Positions 23,399-33,797 of a stretch of DNA of 64,000 bases are shown here, piece by piece (position 1 is the stretch's first letter; each line of letters opens with the position of its first letter). Source of the DNA: a virus. The translations under genes were made by a program, and so were the position numbers. The stretch spans positions 1 through 64,000 of IMG/VR virus record IMGVR_UViG_3300046011_002684; one strand, given 5' to 3'. Below the pieces are notes generated by a model. The model saw only the letters and a program-made list of their open reading frames with translations, searched no databases and was not told where the DNA came from.

Positions 23399-24029
23399 TC
23401 ATAAGTTTCCTAATATGATCTTTACCTTTCTGACCGGTCCAATGATATACGAGTGGATCGGCTGGGACTGTTTTATCTATGTGTTGAATACGGAGGACGT
23501 TATACTTGTTTGGTAGATCCTCTATGAACGTCATTCTTTTTAGAGGATTGTCCATCATCATATGCAAAACTTCTTGGTCACCTTGCACCGGTTGCGTAGC
23601 ACAAGATAGTTCCCAGTCAGTTAAAACGCTTGGAACACCGTGGTAAGCAACTACCCCAGAGTTATGCCATTTCTCTCCGCGCCTTTGTGTCCACGGCTTA
23701 TCTACTGCCATGGACAATTTGTTTGGTTGAATATAATCGAATATCTTAGAGATATTACCCAGTATCTCGCAATCAGTATCTAGCCAGCACACATTCTCTG
23801 CGTATTCTGCAGCGATCCTCATAGCTTTGGGCTTCTTAAACCACCCGTGCTCGTGCCCGCGTACGCTCTTGCGAATATCGGAAAACTGACTGCTTGTCAT
23901 ACCGAAATCCATAATCATAAGAGGTATGTCATTATGCTTCGTCAGATTATCAACGAACCATGGAAGCATCCATTCACTAGATGCATCGCACCCTGTAATA
24001 AACAGTTTAGATAATTTTGTATTTGCCAT
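23391..24029 (-). CDS. GT-A fold glycosyltransferase
   Basis: WLDTD DxD, NSGV, GDQ, HWTG. Confidence 0.75.
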   Translation of the reverse strand: MANTKLSKLFITGCDASSEWMLPWFVDNLTKHNDIPLMIMDFGMTSSQFSDIRKSVRGHEHGWFKKPKAMRIAAEYAENVCWLDTDCEILGNISKIFDYIQPNKLSMAVDKPWTQRRGEKWHNSGVVAYHGVPSVLTDWELSCATQPVQGDQEVLHMMMDNPLKRMTFIEDLPNKYNVLRIQHIDKTVPADPLVYHWTGQKGKDHIRKLMNG

Positions 24030-24657
24030 TATAATTATGCTTCGCTAAGCATCCCTCAGTTTTCTGAATAGTAGTAAAAGAATCATGAGCTTCTGCAGGC
24101 CATGGATAGTATTCTTCCATCCATGGGAAGTTCTTTAAGTTCATGAACACATCTGTAGGTCCAGCAACGGTCTTAGCTTTTTCCATAAGAGCTTTTGCTC
24201 CAGATGGTTTAATCATATAGGCGTGTGCACCTGGCATATAAGGCTTAGAGGTTAATGGATTCACACCGAGTAATACTGGTGTATTAAATTTCCCATAACT
24301 CGGTTTACCAATATTCATTACATGAGAAAATGAACTAAACATCGGTATATTATCTTTCAATATAGCATCATGCTCGAAGATAGTATATGGAACATCGTCG
24401 CCTTCACACAATTTCCATAGTGTATAATGGGACAAGAATGCTGCTACACAATTTTCAAGCCGAGAATACTTCTCTTGAAACCCGTCAACTGGTATACCCC
24501 AGTCCTTTGCCATTCTCAGTGGATTATCTGCGGGTGTAACAGCAGCAAAAATCTCAACGTCTAAGCCAAACTTTTTACCAGATTCAATACATCTATTTGC
24601 AACACGACAAGACTCGTCATTATCCATTATTGTTATTACATAAGCTTTCATAATCAC
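24007..24657 (-). CDS. GT25-family glycosyltransferase
   Basis: AYVI, FAAV, LSHYTLW, IFEHDA, GAHAYMI. Confidence 0.8.
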   Translation of the reverse strand: MIMKAYVITIMDNDESCRVANRCIESGKKFGLDVEIFAAVTPADNPLRMAKDWGIPVDGFQEKYSRLENCVAAFLSHYTLWKLCEGDDVPYTIFEHDAILKDNIPMFSSFSHVMNIGKPSYGKFNTPVLLGVNPLTSKPYMPGAHAYMIKPSGAKALMEKAKTVAGPTDVFMNLKNFPWMEEYYPWPAEAHDSFTTIQKTEGCLAKHNYNGKYKII

Positions 24658-25508
24658 TCCGATGTAGTAGATTTCATTCCAGTAACTTTAGTATAATAAG
24701 GATATGCAACTTGTAATTTTCCGGGCATGAGCTGCTTACACATTATCGCATCATTTGGCCATAAACCATTCTCTGCAGTTAAAGCGATCAGCGCTGCAGC
24801 ACCTTCTGGTTTTAATATGTATGCTGAATTTCCAGCCAGCCCTTGCGGAATCATTTGGTTGTCGATCCACGGGGTTTCCATAACATCCACAATAGGATAT
24901 TTTTTTAACTTGTCCCATCGGTCAGAATATTTTTTCCTTACGACCTCATCGAACTTAGACGCTCTTCTAGTCGCCCCCATTGGGTTATTTAACCCAATAA
25001 TATGTCCAGTAAATTTTCCCTGAAGTTTACTGTAATCAAATTCTTTAATAAAGACTGCATCATGTTCTAAGACCATAATCGGTTCATCTATCTGATAGCA
25101 GTGTAACCAAAGTGAATAATGACTTAGTGTACAAGCAATTCTTTTCCTTATATCCTTCGTTGGATAGAAAGAAAGTTGTAACCCGGTTCTTAGATCATAA
25201 CGATTCTCAGATTCTTTTGTAGGATATGTCCAACTGATATTCGGAACCGCCGATTTCCCGAATAGTTGATTATGAGTTTCGTCTAGGGTGTCGGGAGTGA
25301 CAGCTGGGAATATGAATGGCTGTATCTTTGACTTCGTTAAGTTGATCGACTGAATGACTTTTCTTGAAGCAACAGTAGAATCGTGATTGTTTACCATCGA
25401 TATCACATAGGCTTTCATTCTATATTTCGTCCTTTCAGTCACAGTTTCTAGAGTAGGGGGTTCAGTCTGAAACGGCATCCACTCTTTTATAACTTCTAAT
25501 TTATTCAT
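24654..25508 (-). CDS. GT25-family glycosyltransferase
   Basis: AYVIS, ACTLSHYSLW, VLEHDA, NSAYIL. Confidence 0.8.
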   Translation of the reverse strand: MNKLEVIKEWMPFQTEPPTLETVTERTKYRMKAYVISMVNNHDSTVASRKVIQSINLTKSKIQPFIFPAVTPDTLDETHNQLFGKSAVPNISWTYPTKESENRYDLRTGLQLSFYPTKDIRKRIACTLSHYSLWLHCYQIDEPIMVLEHDAVFIKEFDYSKLQGKFTGHIIGLNNPMGATRRASKFDEVVRKKYSDRWDKLKKYPIVDVMETPWIDNQMIPQGLAGNSAYILKPEGAAALIALTAENGLWPNDAIMCKQLMPGKLQVAYPYYTKVTGMKSTTSE

Positions 25509-26158
25509 TTCTTTATAAGCATAATTGTACTATCAGGGATGTACTCTCTTGAAGTTTTACTAGGGGTCCAATCCGTCTTCATCCTAACATCATAGAGTTG
25601 ATGTTTGTATGGTGAAATTTCTGCTAAAAATTTATTATAAGCTGTCGGATTTAACTTATCAGCTGCACTAATAACCCATGGATGATTATAATCCGAAAAG
25701 TCCATAATATTAAATGGCCAAACATCTTCGACAAAATATTTGCCGCCTTCTTTTAGAAACTGAATCAGATGCTTGAATGTTAGTCTATTTGCTTCTGGCC
25801 AATGTGCACCATCATCAATAATAAGGTCGAATTGAACGCCAGGCCAAGTTTCTTCCACTAGTTTTATAATGGACGGATCTAATGAATCACCCTTTAACCA
25901 TTTCACCCGTTCTTCTTTTAGAATTTCAATCTCTTCGACAGGAACTCGAGAAAAGACATCAATACCATAAATGGTTGCATTCGGAAAATATTCATGAAAT
26001 GCTGCCGTACTAGCGCCTTTAAAGACACCGATCTCTAGGATATTAATCTTCTCATTTCGAATAGGTTCAAAGTGTTGCTCATACACATGATGATAAAAAT
26101 GTTTTTTCGAACCTTTGTCGGTCTTATGCTCATCGAAAATGGTAAGAAGTTCGCTCAT
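25505..26158 (-). CDS. class I SAM-dependent (sugar) O-methyltransferase
   Basis: TDK..H.Y, ILEIGV, GID, DLIIDDGAH, YFVED. Confidence 0.8.
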   Translation of the reverse strand: MSELLTIFDEHKTDKGSKKHFYHHVYEQHFEPIRNEKINILEIGVFKGASTAAFHEYFPNATIYGIDVFSRVPVEEIEILKEERVKWLKGDSLDPSIIKLVEETWPGVQFDLIIDDGAHWPEANRLTFKHLIQFLKEGGKYFVEDVWPFNIMDFSDYNHPWVISAADKLNPTAYNKFLAEISPYKHQLYDVRMKTDWTPSKTSREYIPDSTIMLIKK

Positions 26159-26844
26159 TTAATAATTTCCCATATGTTTTTCGTCGGGCCTGTATCAAAG
26201 TCATAGCCAAACATATCTATATCAGATTTATACCAGTCGGCTACTATTGCTATTGTGTTGTCGTCGTACAGATCTTTATACGATCCTTCGTTCATTCCTG
26301 TGATGTTTCTTGCTTGTGGTGGTGTATCCAAATCAAAGTAATCGCAGATATCCTTATCAAAATTTTCAAATGATAGTATATCACATCTTAAATTTCCGTC
26401 TAGATCAGTCACATGATCCACCGCGGGATACCAACCGCGAATGGCCCGGTGCCACATGTAATCTACATTCCCCCATTTATATCTCTCATCCAGGAAAGCC
26501 TCAAATGAACTTACATCTGCATAAGTTGGCGGGGATTTATATTCTACTTCAATGATCTTCTTTGCAAAAAGATATCGAGAAACAACTCTATCCCATGGGT
26601 TTCTTACTACCGCGAACGATTTATATTTATTTGTAATGTCAGGATTTAAATCCCTCCACCTTGCATGCTCAAACCCATGATGATCGCCTAGAAATTCCAT
26701 TTTCTTTCTTACTGTATCAGAATACTCTTTCGATTTATGAATCTCTGGACCAGTTGGAATAATTAGATTCTGTAAGATTGGATTCAATCGGATCGTAGTT
26801 CCAGCATTCTTTGGAATGTGAATAAAGATTTTCTTATCAGACAT
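26155..26844 (-). CDS. sulfotransferase family 2 protein
   Basis: FIHIPKNAGT (5'-PSB), VRNPWDRVVS (3'-PB). Confidence 0.85.
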   Translation of the reverse strand: MSDKKIFIHIPKNAGTTIRLNPILQNLIIPTGPEIHKSKEYSDTVRKKMEFLGDHHGFEHARWRDLNPDITNKYKSFAVVRNPWDRVVSRYLFAKKIIEVEYKSPPTYADVSSFEAFLDERYKWGNVDYMWHRAIRGWYPAVDHVTDLDGNLRCDILSFENFDKDICDYFDLDTPPQARNITGMNEGSYKDLYDDNTIAIVADWYKSDIDMFGYDFDTGPTKNIWEIIK

Positions 26845-27613
26845 TCTTGATTAGTTCCTGAATATTCTCCCCACCCATAGGAAGTTTATCTTTTAAGAAG
26901 AAATGCACGAAGTGACATTCTTGAATTCTAGTGTTTGCGGTGTAAAGACCGTTCCACTTCCAATCCATATTCTTTATACTCATCTTCTCTTTCCGAATCC
27001 AATAGTTTAACAGAGTCTGATCTGTAGACCATTTCCATGGACCAATACCATCAATGAAAGCTTTAAACTCAGGTCTTCTTAGGAACTGTAACGGAGTTTC
27101 ACCTTTCAGATATTTGTACACGGACTTATTCATTACAATAACTCCCATGTTCATAAACTCCCCGCCTTTGTCGTCCCATTTCCAATCGACGTCCCTGATA
27201 GAACCATATTGCATCTTAGAATAGTTAATGATCTTCTGAACATACTGATCCGAGAGTGGCATCTCTCTTTCTACCACAGCACCAAAATCATAATTCCCAG
27301 GTAGATCATCAAATATATTAGCAGCATTATCACGAATATAAACATCCGCATCGATAATAGCCACTTGATCATAGCTTTTAAGATACGCAAACGCATTCTC
27401 CTTTTCATAGATTGGCAGGAACCCACCATACTTTTCATAACTTTCTTTACTTCTATTCGTTAGAAAAATGTCTGGTTTTATCATAAGAATAGGTGTATCT
27501 TGGCGAATATAATCAGCCCCGATAGTTTTCGCATACTGTTTAACACTAGCAGTACAAAGATCATATAACTTAGATCTTTTACCGGTATAAACTTGATATA
27601 TTAATTTTTTCAA
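26837..27613 (-). CDS. GT-A fold glycosyltransferase
   Basis: IIDAD, NMGV, TDQTLLN, FVHF. Confidence 0.75.
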   Translation of the reverse strand: MKKLIYQVYTGKRSKLYDLCTASVKQYAKTIGADYIRQDTPILMIKPDIFLTNRSKESYEKYGGFLPIYEKENAFAYLKSYDQVAIIDADVYIRDNAANIFDDLPGNYDFGAVVEREMPLSDQYVQKIINYSKMQYGSIRDVDWKWDDKGGEFMNMGVIVMNKSVYKYLKGETPLQFLRRPEFKAFIDGIGPWKWSTDQTLLNYWIRKEKMSIKNMDWKWNGLYTANTRIQECHFVHFFLKDKLPMGGENIQELIKNV

Positions 27614-28227
27614 TTTCTTTCACCAATTCTTTCTTTATTGGTACCAACTTGGCTATGAATAAAATGTCTTGCAAAGATATTATTCTTAATCCAGTCTTTT
27701 TCCAATACACCGTAAGGATACCAGGGTTCTTTCGAATGAATAAAACCGTCTACTGGAACAATTACCTCTTGTGTTAAAATATCATTTAACATACTATTTG
27801 CGCGTTCTGGTTTTATATAATATCCAACGGCGGCTAAAGAATGATTTCTTGTAGAGCACGCAAAACTAAAAAGAGGAAATTTAGTTATAGATTTAGATAT
27901 CTTTTTAGTTAATATACAATCATGCTCTATAATAATACTTGGCTGACCACTTTCAATAATTCTTTTCCACGCCTCAGTATGGGAATACCAAATAGCCTTT
28001 TCAGTAGCATTCCAACGGCGTTTTCTTTTACTACTATAGATTCTATTCTCTGCAAAATTTAAATAATTAGATTCTGGTATGGTATCTGGTAATGTTGCTT
28101 CGTGGTGGATAAGATTACTATAACCTCTTTTTAAAAAAGACTCATCAGCAATTTTTCTATAAAATTGCGAAATTTCGTTGTTTGATATAGAAATAACATA
28201 GATGGGTATATTCTTATCGATAGTCAT
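27610..28227 (-). CDS. GT25-like glycosyltransferase
   Basis: IYVIS, WYSHTEAW, IIEHDC. Confidence 0.7.
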   Translation of the reverse strand: MTIDKNIPIYVISISNNEISQFYRKIADESFLKRGYSNLIHHEATLPDTIPESNYLNFAENRIYSSKRKRRWNATEKAIWYSHTEAWKRIIESGQPSIIIEHDCILTKKISKSITKFPLFSFACSTRNHSLAAVGYYIKPERANSMLNDILTQEVIVPVDGFIHSKEPWYPYGVLEKDWIKNNIFARHFIHSQVGTNKERIGERN

Positions 28228-29173
28228 TTAAACTAAACTCCGTACCATGCATTTTATAATTCTCTCTACCGTGGTTAGAGTAAACTAGAACTTCGGGATC
28301 GTCAATTAAGAAATCGCATCCCTTACAGAAATCCGGATAGTCGCCAGTTTCATGTTGTCTACGAAGGGTATTGTAAGCTTCCCCATACCAGATTTCTTCC
28401 AGTCTCTGATCACTCATGTGACCTAGAACAGCTTCATCATCCCTACCCAATACTTGACAGCATGGGTGGACAGCTCCTCTGCTATCGCCGAGACCACCTG
28501 CGCGAATAACAACATCAGGGCTAAAAGGACGACCACAAGTCTTAATGGCACCATCACGGCCATAGTCAGGCTTATAAACACCAGACCAATTATGCATCTT
28601 CCAAATCTCAGTTTTAACACCAGCTGAATTAACGATTTTAAGATACTCATCTCTTTCGTAATCGACTCGATTATTATCAAGAATGAGGTGATAGGTTGCA
28701 ACAGTGCACGACGAATTCGTTTTGGTAACATATTCTTGCATCTCATGTAGATTTTTTACAACAGGGTTAAAGAATGGGCTGTTCATCCATTCTCTATAGG
28801 TTTCTTCGTTATAACCAACAATGCTAAATCTGAAGAAGTCACAACCAGCGTCAACGACTTCTTTCATGAAGTCGCCTTTCATTCTCTGACCATTTGAGAA
28901 CATAAAGGCCTTTGCACCATACTTCTTTACAATAGAAACGTATTCAGCAAGGTTGCGATTCAAAGTTACTTCACCAGAACCATCCAGATTTACCACACGT
29001 AATCCAGCCTCAGCACACTGGGCAACATAATCTTCGAATTCATCAAGTGGCATTTTCTTCAGCCAGTTTTTTCCACGAGCGCCGTGCGTACCATCTGGAA
29101 AAGTTTGTGGACACATTTTGCATGTGTAATTGCATCCACCATTAATCTCAATAACCGCTCTATCAATCTTCAC
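28214..29173 (-). CDS. radical SAM / SPASM(Twitch)-domain protein
   Basis: CNYTCKMC; C-terminal C...PCC...CKGC. Confidence 0.88.
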   Translation of the reverse strand: MKIDRAVIEINGGCNYTCKMCPQTFPDGTHGARGKNWLKKMPLDEFEDYVAQCAEAGLRVVNLDGSGEVTLNRNLAEYVSIVKKYGAKAFMFSNGQRMKGDFMKEVVDAGCDFFRFSIVGYNEETYREWMNSPFFNPVVKNLHEMQEYVTKTNSSCTVATYHLILDNNRVDYERDEYLKIVNSAGVKTEIWKMHNWSGVYKPDYGRDGAIKTCGRPFSPDVVIRAGGLGDSRGAVHPCCQVLGRDDEAVLGHMSDQRLEEIWYGEAYNTLRRQHETGDYPDFCKGCDFLIDDPEVLVYSNHGRENYKMHGTEFSLNDYR

Positions 29174-30027
29174 TTATGAATTCCTCTTAATCTTTTCTTC
29201 TGTAGATTAGCAAACTCTGTAGCTCTTTCAATTCTTCTTTCAAAGTTATGGAAATAATTTAGGGAGTGTGTATCTGCTTTTCTTACTTTATATATTAAGG
29301 CGTCTGGGGTATGATAATTGGTAATTAAGTCCTTAGTAAGAACTATAGTAGGCTTACCCATATTCTTAGCAACATAGTGCCACATCCCTTCATAACATAG
29401 ACAAGCTTCGGCAGTTCTGATATGATAAAACACTTCTGAGATAGGCGTTCTATAATCTATTTCTGTTACACTATAACCTTGCATCTCTATAATATCAATT
29501 ACTTTATTCCATTGATTACGATCAAAGGGTCTTTTAAATGGTCTCGGTTCTTGAGCGTTATTTACTTGTGTCCAGATTACTACTTTTTTCTTTATAGGAT
29601 TGGCATCCATCTTTCGAAAATACCAATCATTATATCTCATCCTAGATCTTTTCTGGATATCGCCGTCTAGTTTAAGCATCCTACTATATCCAAAAAATCG
29701 ATTATGATGGAGAGCAAGATTATCTGAATTAAAAACGTGTTGTATATTAACGTCTGTATCTTTCTTAGCATAAAAGTTGTTTATATAATGGAATCGTTCT
29801 AAAATAGTTTCCGGATCCTCAAAATGATATAAGAAATCTTCATCATGGTACCAATGTAAAACTAGATTTATTTTTTTCTGCGCATAAAAAGATCTATAAT
29901 AAGCTACATTTAAAATGCACATTAGATCACCGATTCCCGGCGTCATTTTAGCTTCTATTACAGAAGAAAAATTTATACGAGGAACAAATGGAAGATACTT
30001 TTTAAAATATTCTTCATTAATAGGCAT
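29170..30027 (-). CDS. hypothetical protein, possible GT-B glycosyltransferase
   Basis: PGIGD near the N-terminus and YEGMWHYVA resemble GT9-like motifs. Confidence 0.45.
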   Translation of the reverse strand: MPINEEYFKKYLPFVPRINFSSVIEAKMTPGIGDLMCILNVAYYRSFYAQKKINLVLHWYHDEDFLYHFEDPETILERFHYINNFYAKKDTDVNIQHVFNSDNLALHHNRFFGYSRMLKLDGDIQKRSRMRYNDWYFRKMDANPIKKKVVIWTQVNNAQEPRPFKRPFDRNQWNKVIDIIEMQGYSVTEIDYRTPISEVFYHIRTAEACLCYEGMWHYVAKNMGKPTIVLTKDLITNYHTPDALIYKVRKADTHSLNYFHNFERRIERATEFANLQKKRLRGIHK

Positions 30028-30622
30028 ACGTTTCCATATCTAAAAACATTATAATACCAGGTGTGGTATTTTCTTTATGGGTAATCACATAAAACCAATA
30101 CTTAGGAAAGAGAGATTTATTAAACAAACCATATTCTTTTATAGCTTGCCTTACCCCTGGTAGTTCTACATTATCAAATAATATGTATCTTGGTTTTATT
30201 TCGAAAGTTTTTTTAATATCTTTTACTACAGATTCATAGGAATGGTTACCATCAATAAAGACCAGATCGGGGGTTTCTACTTCGGTTTTAGGTAAAGTAC
30301 TAGGAATAAAAGTAAATCTATCTCCATATCTTTCTTTAATGGGGATATGGGAAATCTCTGAGAATTTTCCTGGGTCTAGACTAGTAACCTTAGCTTCTGG
30401 GAAATGCTCAAGTAAACAGACTGTAGAGTGTCCAGCGAACATTCCCACCTCTATAATATTCGTAACATTCTTTGTAAGAGAGCTTACTTCTTCCCACATG
30501 GTTCGAACATCTAAAAGGCTAGGATCTAGATATCCCCACCCTTGCCCGTTAAATTTTTCACCTTTCTTTTCTGGTTCTGGTCTTACAAGGAAAGATGTAT
30601 CAATTTGTTTTAGCATTTTCAC
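30017..30622 (-). CDS. class I SAM-dependent methyltransferase
   Basis: IIEVGMFAGHS, DLVFIDGNHSY, ILFDN. Confidence 0.82.
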   Translation of the reverse strand: MKMLKQIDTSFLVRPEPEKKGEKFNGQGWGYLDPSLLDVRTMWEEVSSLTKNVTNIIEVGMFAGHSTVCLLEHFPEAKVTSLDPGKFSEISHIPIKERYGDRFTFIPSTLPKTEVETPDLVFIDGNHSYESVVKDIKKTFEIKPRYILFDNVELPGVRQAIKEYGLFNKSLFPKYWFYVITHKENTTPGIIMFLDMETYAY

Positions 30623-31274
30623 CCCAATAATTTTTAGTAGCTGATGTATCGAAAGAAAAACCCCAGCGGTCTATGTCTTTCTGAAACCACTTTTCTACTC
30701 TGTCTCTTTGTTCATTCGTATAGTAAGATTTATAATCTACTTTTTTGGTGGTATTGACCATCTCCAATCGGATACTCTTACCCAGATATCTATTTAAATC
30801 ATAATTAAGATATTCGTACCTTAAAACATCAACTTTTAATCCTAGCCACTTTTCCTGACACGCCCATTGGTCATATGGATGATTACAGAAGAAATTTAAA
30901 TCCTCTATATAACTATCCATACGATCTAGGAATTCATCCCAGAATAGAAAGTCTTGGAAATAGCTTGTTCCTATAGAAGACTTCATCCTTTCAGAGAAAG
31001 TGTAATTATATAATGAAACCAATCTTGACCAAGGATTTCTTACTACAGAGAAAATCTTATCATAAGACTGTATTATATTACTATCCATATAACTATATGG
31101 TATGTGCTTAGCGAAGCTATTATACCAAGGGAATTTAACATATTGGGATTTGTTAAATTCCTTTAGAATGCTTTTATCCATATGATCCCAAGTTGCTTTC
31201 GCCATAGGTAAAGACCGGAGGATGCTAGTTCCTCCGGTCTTAGGTATATGAATAAACAATATATTGTTAGACAT
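30600..31274 (-). CDS. sulfotransferase family 2 protein
   Basis: FIHIPKTGGTS, VRNPWSRLVS. Confidence 0.85.
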   Translation of the reverse strand: MSNNILFIHIPKTGGTSILRSLPMAKATWDHMDKSILKEFNKSQYVKFPWYNSFAKHIPYSYMDSNIIQSYDKIFSVVRNPWSRLVSLYNYTFSERMKSSIGTSYFQDFLFWDEFLDRMDSYIEDLNFFCNHPYDQWACQEKWLGLKVDVLRYEYLNYDLNRYLGKSIRLEMVNTTKKVDYKSYYTNEQRDRVEKWFQKDIDRWGFSFDTSATKNYWGENAKTN

Positions 31275-31485
31275 TCGCTAGGATGGATCTCGCAAGATCC
31301 TGTGACTCTTCATAGCCCGAGCGAAAACGATTACCAGTAGCACCATTGTCGATATACCACTGAAGGTTATCTACAACTCCGGCCTTACGCTTATCATCCA
31401 TTTTATAGTCTCGAACAATCTCTTCCCACTGAAAGCGAAGGTCAAGAAGTTCAAAGACGTTTACTTTAGCCTGTGACATATTCAT
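31267..31485 (-). CDS. hypothetical protein
   Basis: Overlapping ORF in operon. Confidence 0.6.
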   Translation of the reverse strand: MNMSQAKVNVFELLDLRFQWEEIVRDYKMDDKRKAGVVDNLQWYIDNGATGNRFRSGYEESQDLARSILANV

Positions 31486-32038
31486 AAACGTCCTTCCAGT
31501 TTCTCATCATAGGAAAAGTATTAGGGGTATTCATATTGAAGCCGTGTTCAATTAGAATAGAATTCAATCCAAGATCACGACCAAGTACGGCATTCTCTAC
31601 CTTATCTTCGATCCAGATATCACCAGAGTTCTCGTAAGGAAGCAATGCTTCATCCTTATCTGCACCAGTATCAAGGAAGACGAACTTCTCGAATACGGTA
31701 GAACCAAACAGCTTATTCAGGTTCTGAATACGCAGTTGTTGAGCAGTAGGTTCGAGCGAGAGCGAAGTAATGACGTGGAACACTACGCCATGTTTGCGGT
31801 GGAGCTTATCCACATAGTGCATAGCATCACGGAGGGGAGGAAGGAAACCAATCGCGGAGCTCTCGTTGAAGTGTTTCACGAGACGCTGTTTCTCTTCTTT
31901 GCTGATGCCATATCGATCACCTACATCGTAGTATTCCCACGAGTCTGGTTTTTCTACATACCCATGACGTTGCATCCAGACATTAAAGGCATATTCCCAG
32001 TTCAGTAGAACACCATCACAGTCAGTTAGAATTCTCAT
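31466..32038 (-). CDS. HAD-family nucleotidase (T4 30.2-like)
   Basis: ILTDCDGVL, VITS, K, WIED. Confidence 0.78.
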   Translation of the reverse strand: MRILTDCDGVLLNWEYAFNVWMQRHGYVEKPDSWEYYDVGDRYGISKEEKQRLVKHFNESSAIGFLPPLRDAMHYVDKLHRKHGVVFHVITSLSLEPTAQQLRIQNLNKLFGSTVFEKFVFLDTGADKDEALLPYENSGDIWIEDKVENAVLGRDLGLNSILIEHGFNMNTPNTFPMMRNWKDVYEYVTG

Positions 32039-32103
32039 AACGATTCCTTTCGTTGGTTACATTAGCACTATAACCCATTCACTTTCAAATGTAAATCCCC
32101 TAT

Positions 32104-32292
32104 TTAAGAAACAGAGTTATCTTCCTCAACGTCATCTGGCAAAATCCAGTTGATCTTCGTCCCCTTGTAACGGTGTACATCCTTATGTTCTTCTGTCATT
32201 CGGATCTTCTTCTTGAAATCACTCCCGAGAGTCTTCGATTTGTTACGACCGTTCTTTTTGTTACGCGGGTCGAAGCGAGTATACTTAGCCAT
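32104..32292 (-). CDS. hypothetical basic protein
   Basis: MAKYTRFDPRNKK; AAGG RBS. Confidence 0.6.
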   Translation of the reverse strand: MAKYTRFDPRNKKNGRNKSKTLGSDFKKKIRMTEEHKDVHRYKGTKINWILPDDVEEDNSVS

Positions 32293-32293
32293 T

Positions 32294-32875
32294 TTACCTT
32301 TCCATTTTTGTTTTAGTGCAAACGAAGACCAGTCTATGGCCTTTTTCTATTTTCGAAACCCCGTGAACTGTTTTTTCATTCCAGACAATAGAGTCCCCAG
32401 GATTTTTTAGAAATTTAGTAATTAATCGTTCCCGAATATTTTCTTTCTTATTGGGATTTTTGTAATCAGGTTCTATAGAATCCCCAGCAATTACAATAAT
32501 ACCCCCAATTATATCCTCAGATTGATCAATCAATATAACATTAGTATATTGATTTTTCCCTACACTAATATCGACATTTTCAGTATGTAATCCCGAAAAT
32601 GATCCGAGAGGATAATATTTCATCCAAGATTTATCTAGGATATATTCCGGATCTTGGGGGTAAGTTTTTTCATTTAGATAATGAAAAAGTTCTTTATGAT
32701 TCTCCCAAAAAGATCCTTTTTTTATCGTTCCAAGATATTTTTCGTAATTCTGTTTACCTCTATTAGGATGAAAATCTTTTTTATGATCATAGAATTCTTT
32801 TCTCAAGATTTCTATTAATCTGTTATCCTCGATCTTATATGTAAATCCTGGTTCCATATTAGCCTTTAATACCAA
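32294..32875 (-). CDS. 2OG-Fe(II) oxygenase-like protein
   Basis: LHTE (HxE), GG, HGV...GHRLV. Confidence 0.65.
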   Translation of the reverse strand: MVLKANMEPGFTYKIEDNRLIEILRKEFYDHKKDFHPNRGKQNYEKYLGTIKKGSFWENHKELFHYLNEKTYPQDPEYILDKSWMKYYPLGSFSGLHTENVDISVGKNQYTNVILIDQSEDIIGGIIVIAGDSIEPDYKNPNKKENIRERLITKFLKNPGDSIVWNEKTVHGVSKIEKGHRLVFVCTKTKMER

Positions 32876-33551
32876 GCATCTCTTTCGTCATAATATAATC
32901 CCGAACAAAGTCAGATCTTACGATATCTTTCCAAGTGAACTCAATAGTCTCGAATTGGTTCAATTGTGTCACAATGTTCATGAATTGTAAAATCCCTTTT
33001 TTATCATTCTCTTTTGTAAAGTCAGACTGATAATAATCACCACACATAATGAACTTACATTGGTGACCAACACGGGTAATGACAGAATCAAGTTCGTGGA
33101 AACTTAGGTTCTGCATTTCATCTACAACGATGATGGCATTGTTCCATGTATTACCCCGGATGAATGAGGTAGACTCGAACCGAGCTTTATTCTGATTCTT
33201 TAATTTAGACCAGGCTTCGCCATCACCAAAGATTTCAGTGCAGAGACCGACGTATGGAGATTCATAGGCAAGTTTCTTTTCTGCTTCATCTCCAGGAAGA
33301 AATCCAATGTCGCGCGTGGGCACGATCGAGCGAATGACAATGAGTTCGTCAAACTCTGTTTCTTTATCCAGTACTTTTTCAAGAGCAAGACGTAATCCAA
33401 GGTAAGTCTTACCAGTACCAGCAGAACCATTCAATACAAGATTGTAGCCATCTTTCCAGGCTTCTCTTGCGTTCATTTGGTTCTGGGTTTTAGGTTCGAA
33501 AGAGCGGAGATTTTCTAGTTTAATAGTATTAGAGGTATAAGACCTAGACAT
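32859..33551 (-). CDS. phoH: PhoH-family ATPase
   Basis: GSAGTGKT, GFLPGD, FIRG, VDEMQN, TRVG, CGD, IVRS. Confidence 0.93.
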   Translation of the reverse strand: MSRSYTSNTIKLENLRSFEPKTQNQMNAREAWKDGYNLVLNGSAGTGKTYLGLRLALEKVLDKETEFDELIVIRSIVPTRDIGFLPGDEAEKKLAYESPYVGLCTEIFGDGEAWSKLKNQNKARFESTSFIRGNTWNNAIIVVDEMQNLSFHELDSVITRVGHQCKFIMCGDYYQSDFTKENDKKGILQFMNIVTQLNQFETIEFTWKDIVRSDFVRDYIMTKEMLGIKG

Positions 33552-33783
33552 TAATGGTATTGCCCTTTCCTGAGCCTTTTTTAATTTTATTTTTTAGAAG
33601 ATCTTTAAATCCATCGGGAACTTTCATATCAGAATTTCCCATTCGACCGCTGATGATCTTAAGTGGCTTAAGCACTTGTTGGAGATTTGAATCCTCTTCT
33701 AGTGTGGACTTCAATTCATCCCAACTGCAAACTACATCCCATTCCTCTTCGGTCTGTAGATTTTTCAAAGTGTATACTGGCAT
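33544..33783 (-). CDS. hypothetical T4-like phage protein (MPxY type)
   Basis: MPVYTL...DGFKDLL. Confidence 0.6.
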   Translation of the reverse strand: MPVYTLKNLQTEEEWDVVCSWDELKSTLEEDSNLQQVLKPLKIISGRMGNSDMKVPDGFKDLLKNKIKKGSGKGNTINV

Positions 33784-33797
33784 GTATTTCCTACGTG

